From: Eledone cirrhosa
Taxonomy: Eukaryota
Length of the DNA: 64,000 nt
Direction of reading: 5' to 3'
Assembly (NCBI GenBank): GCA_964016885.1
Contig: OZ024741.1
Span: forward strand, 33,604,001 to 33,668,000
Notes under the pieces: model-generated
Told to the model about the DNA's origin: nothing
The model's database searches: none
Seen by the model: the letters and a program-made list of their open reading frames with translations, nothing else
Shown here: positions 39,579 to 51,643 of the stretch, piece by piece
Numbering within the stretch: position 1 is the stretch's first letter
Layout of the letters: each line of letters opens with the position of its first letter
Program-made: the position numbers and the translations under genes

Positions 39579-42456
39579 TTATACTTCTCTTAGGTCAGTG
39601 TTGTTTGTTTGGGTGTTGTTGTTGTTCCACTCATTCTTTCTGTTTAGCTTTGGTCTTCTAATTTCTATTTCACTGGCCTCTCTGATTTGCCTATCTGCTG
39701 GGTCATTCCTATGTTTAGATATTATTCTAATTTCTATGTTGTCTATGTTACCGTCATGATGTTGTCTAGCATGTTCGTATAGTACTGACCCGTTTTTTCG
39801 TCCTTTTAGTTCCCCCCAGTGTTGGTCTATCCTTTCACCTATGCTACGAGCTGTCTCACCTATGTATGTTGTTGTCGTGTTTCTGCAAGTACCCTCTGTA
39901 CATCTTATGCTATAGACTACGTTTCTAGTTTTACAGTTTATCCGGGGGTTCACCTTACATATGATACATTTCCTATTGGTACAGTGGGTTTTCTTAAAAG
40001 GGTAGGTTTTGCTGATCAGGGATTTTATGGTGGTTCCTGGCTTTTCTACCACCTTTATTTTTAAGTGGGTCTTTCTCAGGGCCTTTCTACACTGGTTAGC
40101 TAATTTCCCTCCAGGGGTGGCGTCCACAAACATGACACTCTGATATCTCTGGTTGTCGTACCATGATGTGGCCTTCCCTATCTTATGTCTAGCCCTATCT
40201 AAGCTATTCCATGATTTGCTCCTGTATAGTGGGCAAATTCCTTTCATGTCCAGTTCTATGAGGGTCTTATACTTTTCCATGGCTCCTTCGTATACTCTGA
40301 CTCTGTCTCTTTGGTTGTAGCCAGAGAACTGCATGCGGTTGATGAAGTGTTGGATGTGTCCTTCCATTTCTGTTGGGTCGCACATGCTGGACACATTCTT
40401 CATCACTCGTACCAAATCTGCGATCAGAATACTAAACTTAGCACTACTGGACATTGCTGAGTTTTTGAGTATCAGGTATTTGGAGGCCATGGGTTTAGCA
40501 TAGTGTGAGTGGAGAATTTGGGCTCTCTCGTCTATAGTGTTGATCCAGAGTTCTGTGTCTAATACAGGTAGTCTATTGTTAGGGTGTTTGGAAGGGAAGT
40601 CTATAGTTACAGTTATACTCTGGTGTATGGAATTAGCTATCTGCTGGATGCTTTCCATCGTGCTACGTTCTAAATCAAACTTGTTAGTGCTCTCTAGTGG
40701 GGGTGTTCTTATAACTATATTGATATCGTCTACATAACGAGAGTACATGATGAGGTCTATGGAGCTTTCATTAAGGAGATCTTTAAGTCTCCTTTCCCAC
40801 CATACCATGAAAAGGTTGGCAACATCGCCAGCTATGCTGACGCCGATGGCTGCTCCCTCATTTTGGGTGTAGATTTTCTCATTGAACTTAAATATGTGGC
40901 CCTTTAGGGTAGTTTTGATACTAGCCCCTATTGCATGTGCGACCATTTTTCTTACCTGATCAGTGTTTTGGGGGGTCCGTATAGCTTTGGTCCACCCAAT
41001 CCACCTTCCTATGGGAGTCTTTTTAGCCATTGAGGTTATGGTGGGGGGTCTACCTCTTATAGGTCTACTAGGGCAGAAACATCTAAGGTCATGGCTGTCT
41101 AGGTAGTCAGTGTCGTAGGTAAGTCTAAGTAGGAGGCCCAGTTCGTCTGTGTCGACGTCGCAGAACTCCACCTCACTCTCAATGATCATCTCCACACATC
41201 TTTTCACAGCAAAATCAATGTTAATGGATGGGTACAGTGACACCACATCCATGCTGCCTATTATGCAGTTGGATAGGCTCCTGTTTTTGTTGCACTCACT
41301 GATTCTGCTGAGGAGGTCCTCTGTACTTTCACATACATCTGGGGACATCTTGATTATGGGGCGTATAACCATTGAGAGGAAGTAGGAGATCCTGTAGTTG
41401 CTAGCTATATTAGCTCCGCATACAGGTCTTGTTGGTGGTCCTATTGTCGGGTCGTCGACAGTCTTGTGGTCTTTGCGGAGCCCATACAAGGGTGGTATGC
41501 CATTGTTAGACGCCTGGAAGTTGTTGGCAGTGCGTCTGCTTGGCTTTAGGATGTCAGTCCACATCATCATGTGAGCGTTGAGGATTTTTTCTCTCCCATC
41601 GTGTGTTAGTTGTGCAACTTCGCTCGTGTTGGTGATGTGGGGTTGCATTGCCTCGATGTAGTTCGGCATGCTATCTATTGACATCCTACCAGACTTATCT
41701 GTGGGTAGACACACTACCTCACCATCCCTTGTGCGCTGCTTGAGGCTAACCAAGCCTTCTACAGGTTTTATCCCAAGTTGTTGGGCCTCTGGTCTGCTCT
41801 GTCTCATAGTGTACCTGTCTACTACTTGTCTAATCTTATTTCTAGCTATGGTGAACTGTGCCTCCGTCTCGTCATCTATTTGTTGTGGTATGCAAACTCT
41901 TTTATTAAAGGGTAACCTCGTAGGATAGATATTACCCATCTTATATGTTTTGTCAGCTGGGTTGAAAAATAGTTTCTCTAAGGGGTTGTCGTTATTTCTA
42001 TCGTCATAGTTGTGTGTGTTGCTATTATTGTTATCATGGTGGTTGTTGTTGTTTCTATCCTTAGCATTAATATTATTATTGTTATGATTGCTAGATGTAT
42101 TGTTGTTTACTTCACCGTTATTGTTGTTGTTGTTACTGCTATTTCTACCATTGTGGTTGTTACTATTATTATGTTTCTTGTTTTTGTTGATGTTGCTACA
42201 TGTACTATTTCCATTATTACCACTGTGGTTATTGTTGTTGTTGTTGTTCGTATTGTTACCGTTATTACTACTGTGGTCACTGTTGCTGTGTCTGTGGTTA
42301 ACGTTTCTATTATTATTATTATTGTGGTTGTTGTTGTTCTGTCTATCGCTAGTATTATTACCATTATCACTATTTCTCACTTTCCTGCCCTTGTTATGGT
42401 TATGGCTGTTATTTCTATACCCAGAGTTATTGTTTATATTACTACTACCGTTATTA
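39579..42456 (-). CDS. PLE polyprotein: Asn-rich linker, reverse transcriptase, Cys linker, GIY-YIG endonuclease (5'-truncated, no stops)
   Basis: LPTDKSGR, LYGLRKDHK, RPVCG, GSMDVVSLYPSI, QNEGAAIGVSIAGDVANLFM, RYVDD, LPVLD, CTNRKCIIC, NVVYSIRC...YIGETARSIGERIDQH. Confidence 0.93.
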
Positions 42457-42469
42457 CGACCCAACAGAA

Positions 42470-43258
42470 ATGGAAGGACACATCCAACACTTCATCAACC
42501 GCATGCAGTTCTCTGGCTACAACCAAAGAGACAGAGTCAGAGTATACGAAGGAGCCATGGAAAAGTATAAGACCCTCATAGAACTGGACATGAAAGGAAT
42601 TTGCCCACTATACAGGAGCAAATCATGGAATAGCTTAGATAGGGCTAGACATAAGATAGGGAAGGCCACATCATGGTACGACAACCAGAGATATCAGAGT
42701 GTCATGTTTGTGGACGCCACCCCTGGAGGGAAATTAGCTAACCAGTGTAGAAAGGCCCTGAGAAAGACCCACTTAAAAATAAAGGTGGTAGAAAAGCCAG
42801 GAACCACCATAAAATCCCTGATCAGCAAAACCTACCCTTTTAAGAAAACCCACTGTACCAATAGGAAATGTATCATATGTAAGGTGAACCCCCGGATAAA
42901 CTGTAAAACTAGAAACGTAGTCTATAGCATAAGATGTACAGAGGGTACTTGCAGAAACACGACAACAACATACATAGGTGAGACAGCTCGTAGCATAGGT
43001 GAAAGGATAGACCAACACTGGGGGGAACTAAAAGGACGAAAAAACGGGTCAGTACTATACGAACATGCTAGACAACATCATGACGGTAACATAGACAACA
43101 TAGAAATTAGAATAATATCTAAACATAGGAATGACCCAGCAGATAGGCAAATCAGAGAGGCCAGTGAAATAGAAATTAGAAGACCAAAGCTAAACAGAAA
43201 GAATGAGTGGAACAACAACAACACCCAAACAAACAACACTGACCTAAGAGAAGTATAA
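42470..43258 (+). CDS. Inverted duplicate of the PLE C-terminus (GIY-YIG domain as a stand-alone ATG-initiated ORF)
   Basis: 262 aa identical to the last 262 aa of ORF 39579-42464. Confidence 0.6.
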   Translation: MEGHIQHFINRMQFSGYNQRDRVRVYEGAMEKYKTLIELDMKGICPLYRSKSWNSLDRARHKIGKATSWYDNQRYQSVMFVDATPGGKLANQCRKALRKTHLKIKVVEKPGTTIKSLISKTYPFKKTHCTNRKCIICKVNPRINCKTRNVVYSIRCTEGTCRNTTTTYIGETARSIGERIDQHWGELKGRKNGSVLYEHARQHHDGNIDNIEIRIISKHRNDPADRQIREASEIEIRRPKLNRKNEWNNNNTQTNNTDLREV

Positions 43259-43530
43259 ATAAATAAGTAAATTAAATTAAATAAAATAAGATAAATAAAT
43301 ACATACACAAGCACATAAACACACACTAGTCACCCAGCAGACACAAGACTATACACACTAGTCACACATCACACATAACACTATACACACACGCAAACGC
43401 ATGCGCAAAGAAGACAAAATAAAATAAGATAAACAAACAAGCAAATAAATAAATAAATATATAGACAGACTGAACAAAAAAAAAAAAAAAAAAATGGCGT
43501 AGACATACAACACAACAGGAGGAACAATGA

Positions 43531-43587
43531 ATATAACACCACTGACGATGTTGCAGATGTGCAACGAAAGATTTATGTAAACTATAT
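43531..43587 (+). ncRNA. Hammerhead motif in PLE 3' UTR
   Basis: CTGACGA at 43542-43548, extra T, 6-bp stem II, GAAA at 43566-43569, self-complementary AGATTT. Stem I is weak (2 bp, internal loop, then ATATA/TATAT). Confidence 0.65.
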
Positions 43588-43845
43588 ATATATGTGTTTG
43601 TCTATATTGTATCTGTATTATTTTTGACCGCCGGTCAGTCAATGGCAACATTGAGGACCGAGTAAGTTAGATCGCAGATATATATATATAAAAGACAGCG
43701 AGAAGCGAAAACCAACCAAACAGTGAGTGTGTTCTGTTATTAATTCTGGCAATATTACGCAAATATGACCCTCCCCAAATATAACAATATCTGTTTCGAC
43801 ACACGATTTCATATAAAAAACCTCGCAAAACTAATTCATCGCCGC

Positions 43846-43876
<31 letters not shown>

Positions 43877-44841
43877 CATACATACACACAAAGGTATAGA
43901 GAGAAAGAGGGTTGTGGTGCTATTGTCGATTTGCTTTATACATCCCCCACACACACACACAAACACACACACACGCACACACACACACACGTACAAACAC
44001 ACACATACATACACACACACACACAGAAAGAAAGACAGTAATGGCGCTATTGTCGACTCAGATTTTCCATACCTTGATATTTTCTTTTGTTCTTAATTAC
44101 CGAAGTCAACATAACTGGTGTCAATATCGAAGATATAATGTGTTAGACAGATTATTTGCTCCGAGGTCAGGATTTCGAAACTTTGCTAATGGCGTTCTAA
44201 TATTTTACCCTCCGGTTAAACATTTCATTTTTCAGTTAAAATATTAAGTCTTTTTGCTTAATGAATAAATAAATTAATTAATTAGGAAATCTTTATTTAT
44301 TTATTTATTCATTATTTCTATTACTTTTTATCACTTAATTTACCCACTAATTAAGTTAATTTAATGTGCAATCTGTGTAGTTGTTGTTGTTTTTCTATAT
44401 AATATTTTTCCATCTTTACGTTGTGTGACAAGCGCTAAGCAATCAGCAATTACGCGAGGCCGCCATCTTGATTACAAGTTATTTTTTTACTTTTTCTATT
44501 CATATTTAATTATATATATTTTTGTTTTGTTTTCATATTATTTTCTTTTATATTTTGATGTATTTTATTTTATTTTACATCTGTTCAACAAATTATTAAG
44601 TAACTTTCTCTTGGTTCTTTATAATTCGAGACAAATTTGTTTTCAATTTTCTTAAAGTATGTTTTGTTTATTGTTGTAGTTGTTTTTGTTGTTGTTGTTT
44701 TTTGTTGCTTCTTTTTTTTTTTGCTTGTTTTTTTTTTTTGCTTCTTCTTTTTTTTGTCTTTACAAAATGATATGATTTTGACGGGAAAACAAGACCAACC
44801 ACCATCATCACAACATCACCACTGAAACAATCTCCACATTT

Positions 44842-44921
<80 letters not shown>

Positions 44922-45315
44922 TCTCTCTCTCTCTCTTTAAATCTGGATGTCAATCATCCACTTATATTTCTTGTGATTAAATCAACACCCTAACTAGAAT
45001 GTTGAATAATATGATTCATCTGGACAGAACGTTAATGAAGGTTACAAAGGTTATATGGGAGGAGAAAAAATTGAAACGTAGATTTATTAATTGGCTCTTT
45101 CTAGATATATTTTTGTTTGTATTTGTCAGCTTTGTCTCTTAATTACGTCCCACATTGTAAGTGAAGTAGTACACGGTTGTGATGACTTAATGTATCTCTA
45201 ACACAAAAGATTCCGAAACGTTGTTTGTGAGCTCAACGATATTCAGGCAACTCCGAAAACAGAATCTCATTGCCATATTCTGTAACTCTTTTATTTTTAT
45301 AAGAAATATAGTATA

Positions 45316-45366
45316 TACTACTACTACTACTACTACTACTGCTACTACTTCTACTACTACTACTAG

Positions 45367-45436
<70 letters not shown>

Positions 45437-45470
45437 GTTATTATTTCTACTACTGCTACTACTGTTACTT

Positions 45471-45529
<59 letters not shown>

Positions 45530-45618
45530 GTTCCTGTTACTACTACTACTGCTCCTAAATACTACTGCCGCCACTACTACTACTAATACTACGACAATGA
45601 ATACTACTGTTGCTATTA

Positions 45619-45684
<66 letters not shown>

Positions 45685-45756
45685 TAGTTACTACTACTAC
45701 TACAGTTACTACTACTACTACTGTTATTATTTCTACTACTGCTACTACTGTTACTT

Positions 45757-45808
<52 letters not shown>

Positions 45809-46350
45809 TGATGGTAATAATCTTCCTGGAATATGTTTAGCAGCTATTTCTTATTAGATTCTGTCAATTCCACCTGACATTTTAAAAATGTATTTTGCCT
45901 TCAAACATCCACCACCATCTCTATCACCACCAACACCACCACCATCTCTATCACCACCAACACCACCACCATCACTATCACCAACACCAACACCAACACC
46001 ACCACCATCACTATCACCATCAACAACACCACCATCACTATCACCACCAACACCACCACCATCTCTATCACCACCAACACCACCACCATCTCTATCACCA
46101 TCAACACCACCACCATCTCTATCACCACCAACACCACCACCATCAACACCACCATCACCACCATCACTGTCACCAACATCACTGTCACCACCGCAATGTC
46201 ACCGCCACCACTATCAACACCACCATAACCATCAATGCCGCCACCATTCACACCACCACCATCATCACAGTCAACACCACCACCAACATCAACAACACTA
46301 CTGTCAACACCACCATCACTACCAGCATTGCCATCACCATCACCATTTAC
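45316..46350. repeat. (TAC)n and (CAC/CAT)n low-complexity arrays
   Basis: Direct reading. Confidence 0.9.
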
Positions 46351-46615
46351 CATTTTCTCAAACCGATAGATATGTGTGCATATATATGTCTGTGTGTGTG
46401 TGTGTGTGTGTAGTGATAGTTCGTCACATCATTTACCTGACAGGTAAGATATATATATCTGTAGTAGAGATGAAGGAAGATCATGTGTCTAAGACGGTGA
46501 CAAGGCAATAGTAATAGATTTTATCTGTGGACTGAGTTATGGTTAAATGATGCAGAAGTTCGCTTTGAAATCACAAAACCCGAGATTCCATCCATTTGCA
46601 TACACTCTGAGTTGA

Positions 46616-46659
<44 letters not shown>

Positions 46660-46661
<2 letters not shown>

Positions 46662-46945
46662 AGTGTAACTTGGAGTTACTGTAGGTTCACCTGGGTGAGC
46701 ACTCGATGTTTAGGTTCACTTCAGTGTCGAGGTGTAGAGCTACACAGAGTGTATTATAGTAAAATAATACAAGGACGATTGGTTACTCCTTCATTACGTT
46801 TATTGGTTGGTGATCATTGTAAGGGGTCTGACGACAGAGCGCGGGCTAGATTGATACAGATCAAACCTTGAGCTGACCAGTGGCGAAACGCGCGTCTCCA
46901 ACCAATAAACGTAATGAAGGAGTAACCAATCATCCTTATTTTATT
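46660..46945. mobile_element. Short hammerhead-bearing element with internal inversion
   Basis: 46771-46813 is inverted at 46895-46938; GGT-CTGACGA (46828)...GAAAC-GCGC-GTC (46885-46896); (TA)n on both sides. Confidence 0.7.
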
Positions 46946-47319
46946 TTATATATATATATATAACAAAGAGGGTGTGGTAAGATACCAGGTGGACCATAAC
47001 GCACGAAAGTACTCAATATTTAGGGTAGTAGAGTGGGTAATAGGAAAAGAGTCATATGTATATTCTGATTATTTCTACCTCTCGCCAACAGAACTGAATA
47101 TGCTTCACCGAGGAGCTCTAATTATACTGAAAAATGGCCATAGCTTTCATCAGTTTGCTTTTTAAAGACAAGACCAACTCCAATCTGCAGCGTTGGTCTA
47201 TAAATATTTCGATTGCCTGATTTTAATAGAGTTATCTCTCTTGCTTCATTATCCTCACGTCGTTGTCGTCTTTATAATTAATATATATTTTAAAAAAAAT
47301 CAATATTACAATCATTATT

Positions 47320-47720
47320 GTGGATTGGCAGTATCGGTAGAGGTCGGACGCCATGCTTTCCAGCATAGTTACGTCCCTTTACGATCTGAGTTCAAATCCC
47401 GCCGAGGTTAACTTTGCCTTTCATCCTTACGGGGTCGATAAAATAAAGTACCAGTAATGCACTGGATAATTGCTGGCCTTGTGCCTAAAGTAGAAACAAT
47501 TATTATAGTAAATATTATATTTTAGATTGTCTGGCAGTGAACTGTCTGTTAAGGTAGAGCAGCGTTCAAAATGTCTTGCATTTCTTTCGTCTCTTTTCGT
47601 TCTAAGTTCAAATTCCGCCGAAGTTGATAAAACAAAGTACCAGTAATGCACTGGGGTCGGTCGACTTTCCCCTCCCTTCAAATTGCTGGACTTGTGACAA
47701 ATGTAGAAGCAATTATTATT
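47320..47720 (+). mobile_element. Two family A SINEs
   Basis: tggattggcagtatcggtagag...gagttcaaatcccgccgagg... at 47320-47505, and a diverged copy at 47530-47720. Confidence 0.8.
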
Positions 47721-48633
47721 AGTAGTAGTAATAATAGCAGTGGTGGTGGTGGTAGTTACTGCAGCAGTAGTTGTTGTAGTAAAATAATGTACAAGTTAGA
47801 AGACGACACATTTTTTTTAAATCGATACTAGGCAAAAGTAATTATGCGAAGAATACGCTTGATATATGACGGAGGGGAAAACATGGCGACAGAGATGTTT
47901 AAGAAGAAAAAATAGAATTATGAAGACAAACGCTAGAAAAAAAAACAAGAGAAGACGAAGAAAAGCAGGAAACGAAAGAAGGAACTTTCATCTTTCATCT
48001 GTGTATGCATATATCTTTGGAAATATTGAAGATAACATGACATTATGCTCCGTCACACGCAGCCTACTCATACCTTCTCCTCTCTTTCCCTGTCTATCTT
48101 TCTCTCTGTCTTTTTACATCTTCAGATGCTGGAGTGAATGACTGTATGACTGCTTATTTCTATTGTTTAGTCCCAGGTCAGCTGTGATTAATCAGAAATT
48201 TGATAAAATACATTTTTTGTCCAAGTATCAGCCGTTCTCAGATAGGTTTATGGTAGAGCCAGTAGCCGTGGTGACTTCCGGTGTTCTTGGCGGCCGCACC
48301 ACAGCCCTGCTCACTCAGCCACTCTCAGATAAGTCTGTAGTAGATCCTGTAGCAGTGGGGACTTCCGATGTTCTTGGCCCCCGGATTATATCCCTACTCA
48401 CTGCTATCAGAGCGGAGTTGGCTGCCCGCAGTTGCGAGCCCCGCGAGGTACAGTGACTGTTCCAGTGCCTCTCCCTCACGGTCATCTCATCCGGTGCAAT
48501 GTATTCTCCATCTTGTCGGCCAGGACCCAGAGACGGAGGGTAAGTTAGTTGGAATTGCAGGATACTCGTTCGGACGTCACTTTCTCTCTACCTATGACCA
48601 TACCGTCATTTATTATTATTTAGTTTTTAGGAC

Positions 48634-49166
48634 AGTGGATTGGCAGTATCGGTAGAGCGTCGGACGCCATGCTAGGGCAGTGGATTGGCAGTATCGGTAG
48701 AGGGTCGGACGCCATGCTAGGGCAGTGGATTGGCAGTATCGGTAGAGGGTCGGACGCCATGCTAGGGCAGTGGATTGGCAGTATCGGTAGAGGGTCGGAC
48801 GCCATGCTAGGGCACTGGATTGGCAGTATCGGTAGAGGGTCGGACGCCATGCTAGGGCACTGGATTGGCAGTATCGGTAGAGGGTCGGACGCCATGCTAG
48901 GGTGGTGAATTGGCAGTATCGGATGAGGGTCGGACGCCATGTTAGGGTGGTGGATTGGCAGTATCGGTAGAGGGTCGGACGCCATGCTTTGCAGCGAAGA
49001 GTTACGGTCTTTTAAGGTCTGACTTCAAATCCCACCGAGGTCAACTTTGCCTTTCATCCTTACGGGGTCGATGAAATAAAGTACCAGTAACGTACTGGGT
49101 CGATTTAATCGACTTCCCCTCCACCCAAATTACTGGCCTTGTACCTATATAAGAAACCATTATTAT
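48634..49166 (+). mobile_element. Family A SINE with 8 tandem copies of its 45-bp head
   Basis: gtggattggcagtatcggtagagggtcggacgccatgctagggca occurs about 8 times, followed by a single B box and body. Confidence 0.88.
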
Positions 49167-49952
49167 TTCGTTTTTAGAACTACATTATCCAATATGTCTT
49201 TCCTTAGATACCTTTTACAAAGGTCACTCTATCACTTAACATTCCTGTCAGGTTTCCTCCATTCATTTGACCAGCTTCAGAGGTCCTAACTAAGAGGTAA
49301 AATATTGGTTATGCGACAGTTGACATCATTTAATCTTAATAGTTGACATCTTTCACTGTTAATGTCTTTAGTCAAATTCTGCTTGGCCATAAACAAATTT
49401 AAAGAAATAAATCTCTCTTTGTTTTGTTTTTGTTTTGTTTCTTTTGTATTTGTATGGGGGGGGGGGGGGAGTCTATTCTGTTTTGTTTTTGTTTTTGTTG
49501 TTGTTTTGGGGTAGATTTTACCGTATTAAACCTCAAATGCAATTTGGAAAACTAGGATGGCAATGCCAAATATATTACCTGTTTACCAGGAATATACTAA
49601 AATAAAGCTATATAAATTAGAACAACACAACATGGCGATGACACAATAATTCATCAACGTGGTAAACAAATCTTTCGGGAAGATCCTCCATATACTTATG
49701 GCCAGTTAAACCAATTTTATATGCCAGAATCTTCAAAGAATACTAATTACATCAAGTATTATTCACCAATATCTTCAGATATTTCTAGCTGCTCTAATTT
49801 CATAATCGTTACAGGATTATAAAATGTTATCTGGCTCACTGGCTCACTGGTCGGTAATCTATGTGTATGTATATAGATATGTGTGTGTGTGTTTGTATGT
49901 ACGTGTATATGTATGTATGTATCTACGAATGTATGTATGTATATATGTGTGC

Positions 49953-49989
<37 letters not shown>

Positions 49990-50801
49990 CATGTGTATAT
50001 ATGTGTGTGTGTGTGTGTATGTACGAACGTATGTTTGTATGTATGTATGCATGCAAGTATTTATGTATGTATGTGTGCTTGTGGGTATGTATATATATAT
50101 ATGGGTGTGGGTGTGTGTATGTGTGTGTATTTATGTATGCATGCATATATGTATGTATTATTGCATGTATGTATCTGATTATCTACGTATGTGTTTATTT
50201 GCATATGTGTGTGCATATATACATGCATAGATTCATAAACGTGTATAAGCACTCATAACACTATGGTTATGGTCTGGTGTATGTATGTGTACATAAACAT
50301 GTTTGACTATGCATGTATATATACTTCATGATAGACTGAACTTTTAAAATATTTTACAGAACTTCACAGTTCCAGTAATAGGTCGTAATTGAATTTCGTT
50401 ATAAACCGTGTTCCGTCCTTACTCGCGTCGTGAAATCCATCTTCATGAGATTGGTACCTAGACAATTACTTACATAGTCAAGTTCTCAAACGATCATATA
50501 TATATATATATATGTGTTTGTGTGTGTGGTGGTGGGGGTGGGTGGGTGTATATGTATATATATATGGGTGTGTATATATATATATATATAGGAACGATCG
50601 ACTTTCGTCTCAGTCGCAACTCCAGGTAGAAGGAGCAACGTGAAATAAAGTGTTTTGCCCAAGGACATAACGCATCGCCCGGTCAAGGAATCGAACTCAC
50701 AACCTCACGAAAGGTTCTTTGAATACATCTCACTCGGGTGAAAATATAGGAAAAAGAAGTTGAAAATACAATTTAAGAAGGTTTATTTAAAATAACTTAT
50801 A

Positions 50802-50838
50802 ACTTTACCGGTTTCAAAGTTCCATGATTTTCAGAAGT
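50802..50838 (-). ncRNA. Decayed minimal hammerhead
   Basis: ACTT-CTGAAAA-[12 nt]-GAAA-CCGG-TA-AAGT; G8 is mutated and stem II is unpaired. Confidence 0.4.
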
Positions 50839-50960
50839 AGAGAGAGGTGGAAAGATGTGTGGCTTTGCCATTGTGTAACTCGCATCTAACTGGTATTGGC
50901 AATTTCTTTTAGCTTTATACGTGTGGGTGTGGTGTGGTGTGGTGTGTGTGTGTGTGTGTC

Positions 50961-51025
<65 letters not shown>

Positions 51026-51643
51026 ATTAGAAGATTTGACTGTAATTTTGACTATAAATAACAGACTAATAATCACCGGGTGTATAAGACCAGGAAACCG
51101 GTGAGTATCAGGCTGCAGGCCATCTTGTCCATTTCGACAGTCTTATACGACCCCTCATTATTAGACTATTTTATTTACTCAAATTTAGGACGAAACCTTT
51201 TAATTCAAATTTAAACTCCGCTCACTGTTTTCTGAACGTGCTTTCGTCATATATAACTCATATTTCCTAACACACATTCACATGCATATAGATATATACA
51301 CATAACATATACACGTATGTATATATATAGATATATACATACACACACATATACACATATACTCAAAGAATATATACACACTTGCATACATACATACATA
51401 CATACATACATACATACATACATACATACATACATACATACATACATACATACATGCATGCCTACATACAAGTACAATCCATTAATGGAACAGTAAAAAA
51501 TATGTAAAACATTCCAAAAAATGTGCATCTAATAACTGCATATACACATGTACAGATACAAAGCATATACACATGCACACATACAACTTAAAACATACAC
51601 ATCCACACATACAATAACATCCATATCTACACATGCATGCAGA

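Larger units (their letters stand above)
39048..43845 (-). mobile_element. Young GIY-YIG Penelope-like retroelement (Naiad-like) with inverted partial copy
   Basis: Main arm 39048-42456 (minus); 42457-43790 is an inverted copy of 39048-40380; an extra ~55-bp tail runs to 43845; both ends in (TA)n. Confidence 0.95.

Noticed and set aside
39579-40050. Selenocysteine recoding as reported for some Naiad PLEs
   Set aside because: Neither PLE ORF has an in-frame TGA (all positions are Cys), and I could not identify a SECIS by eye.
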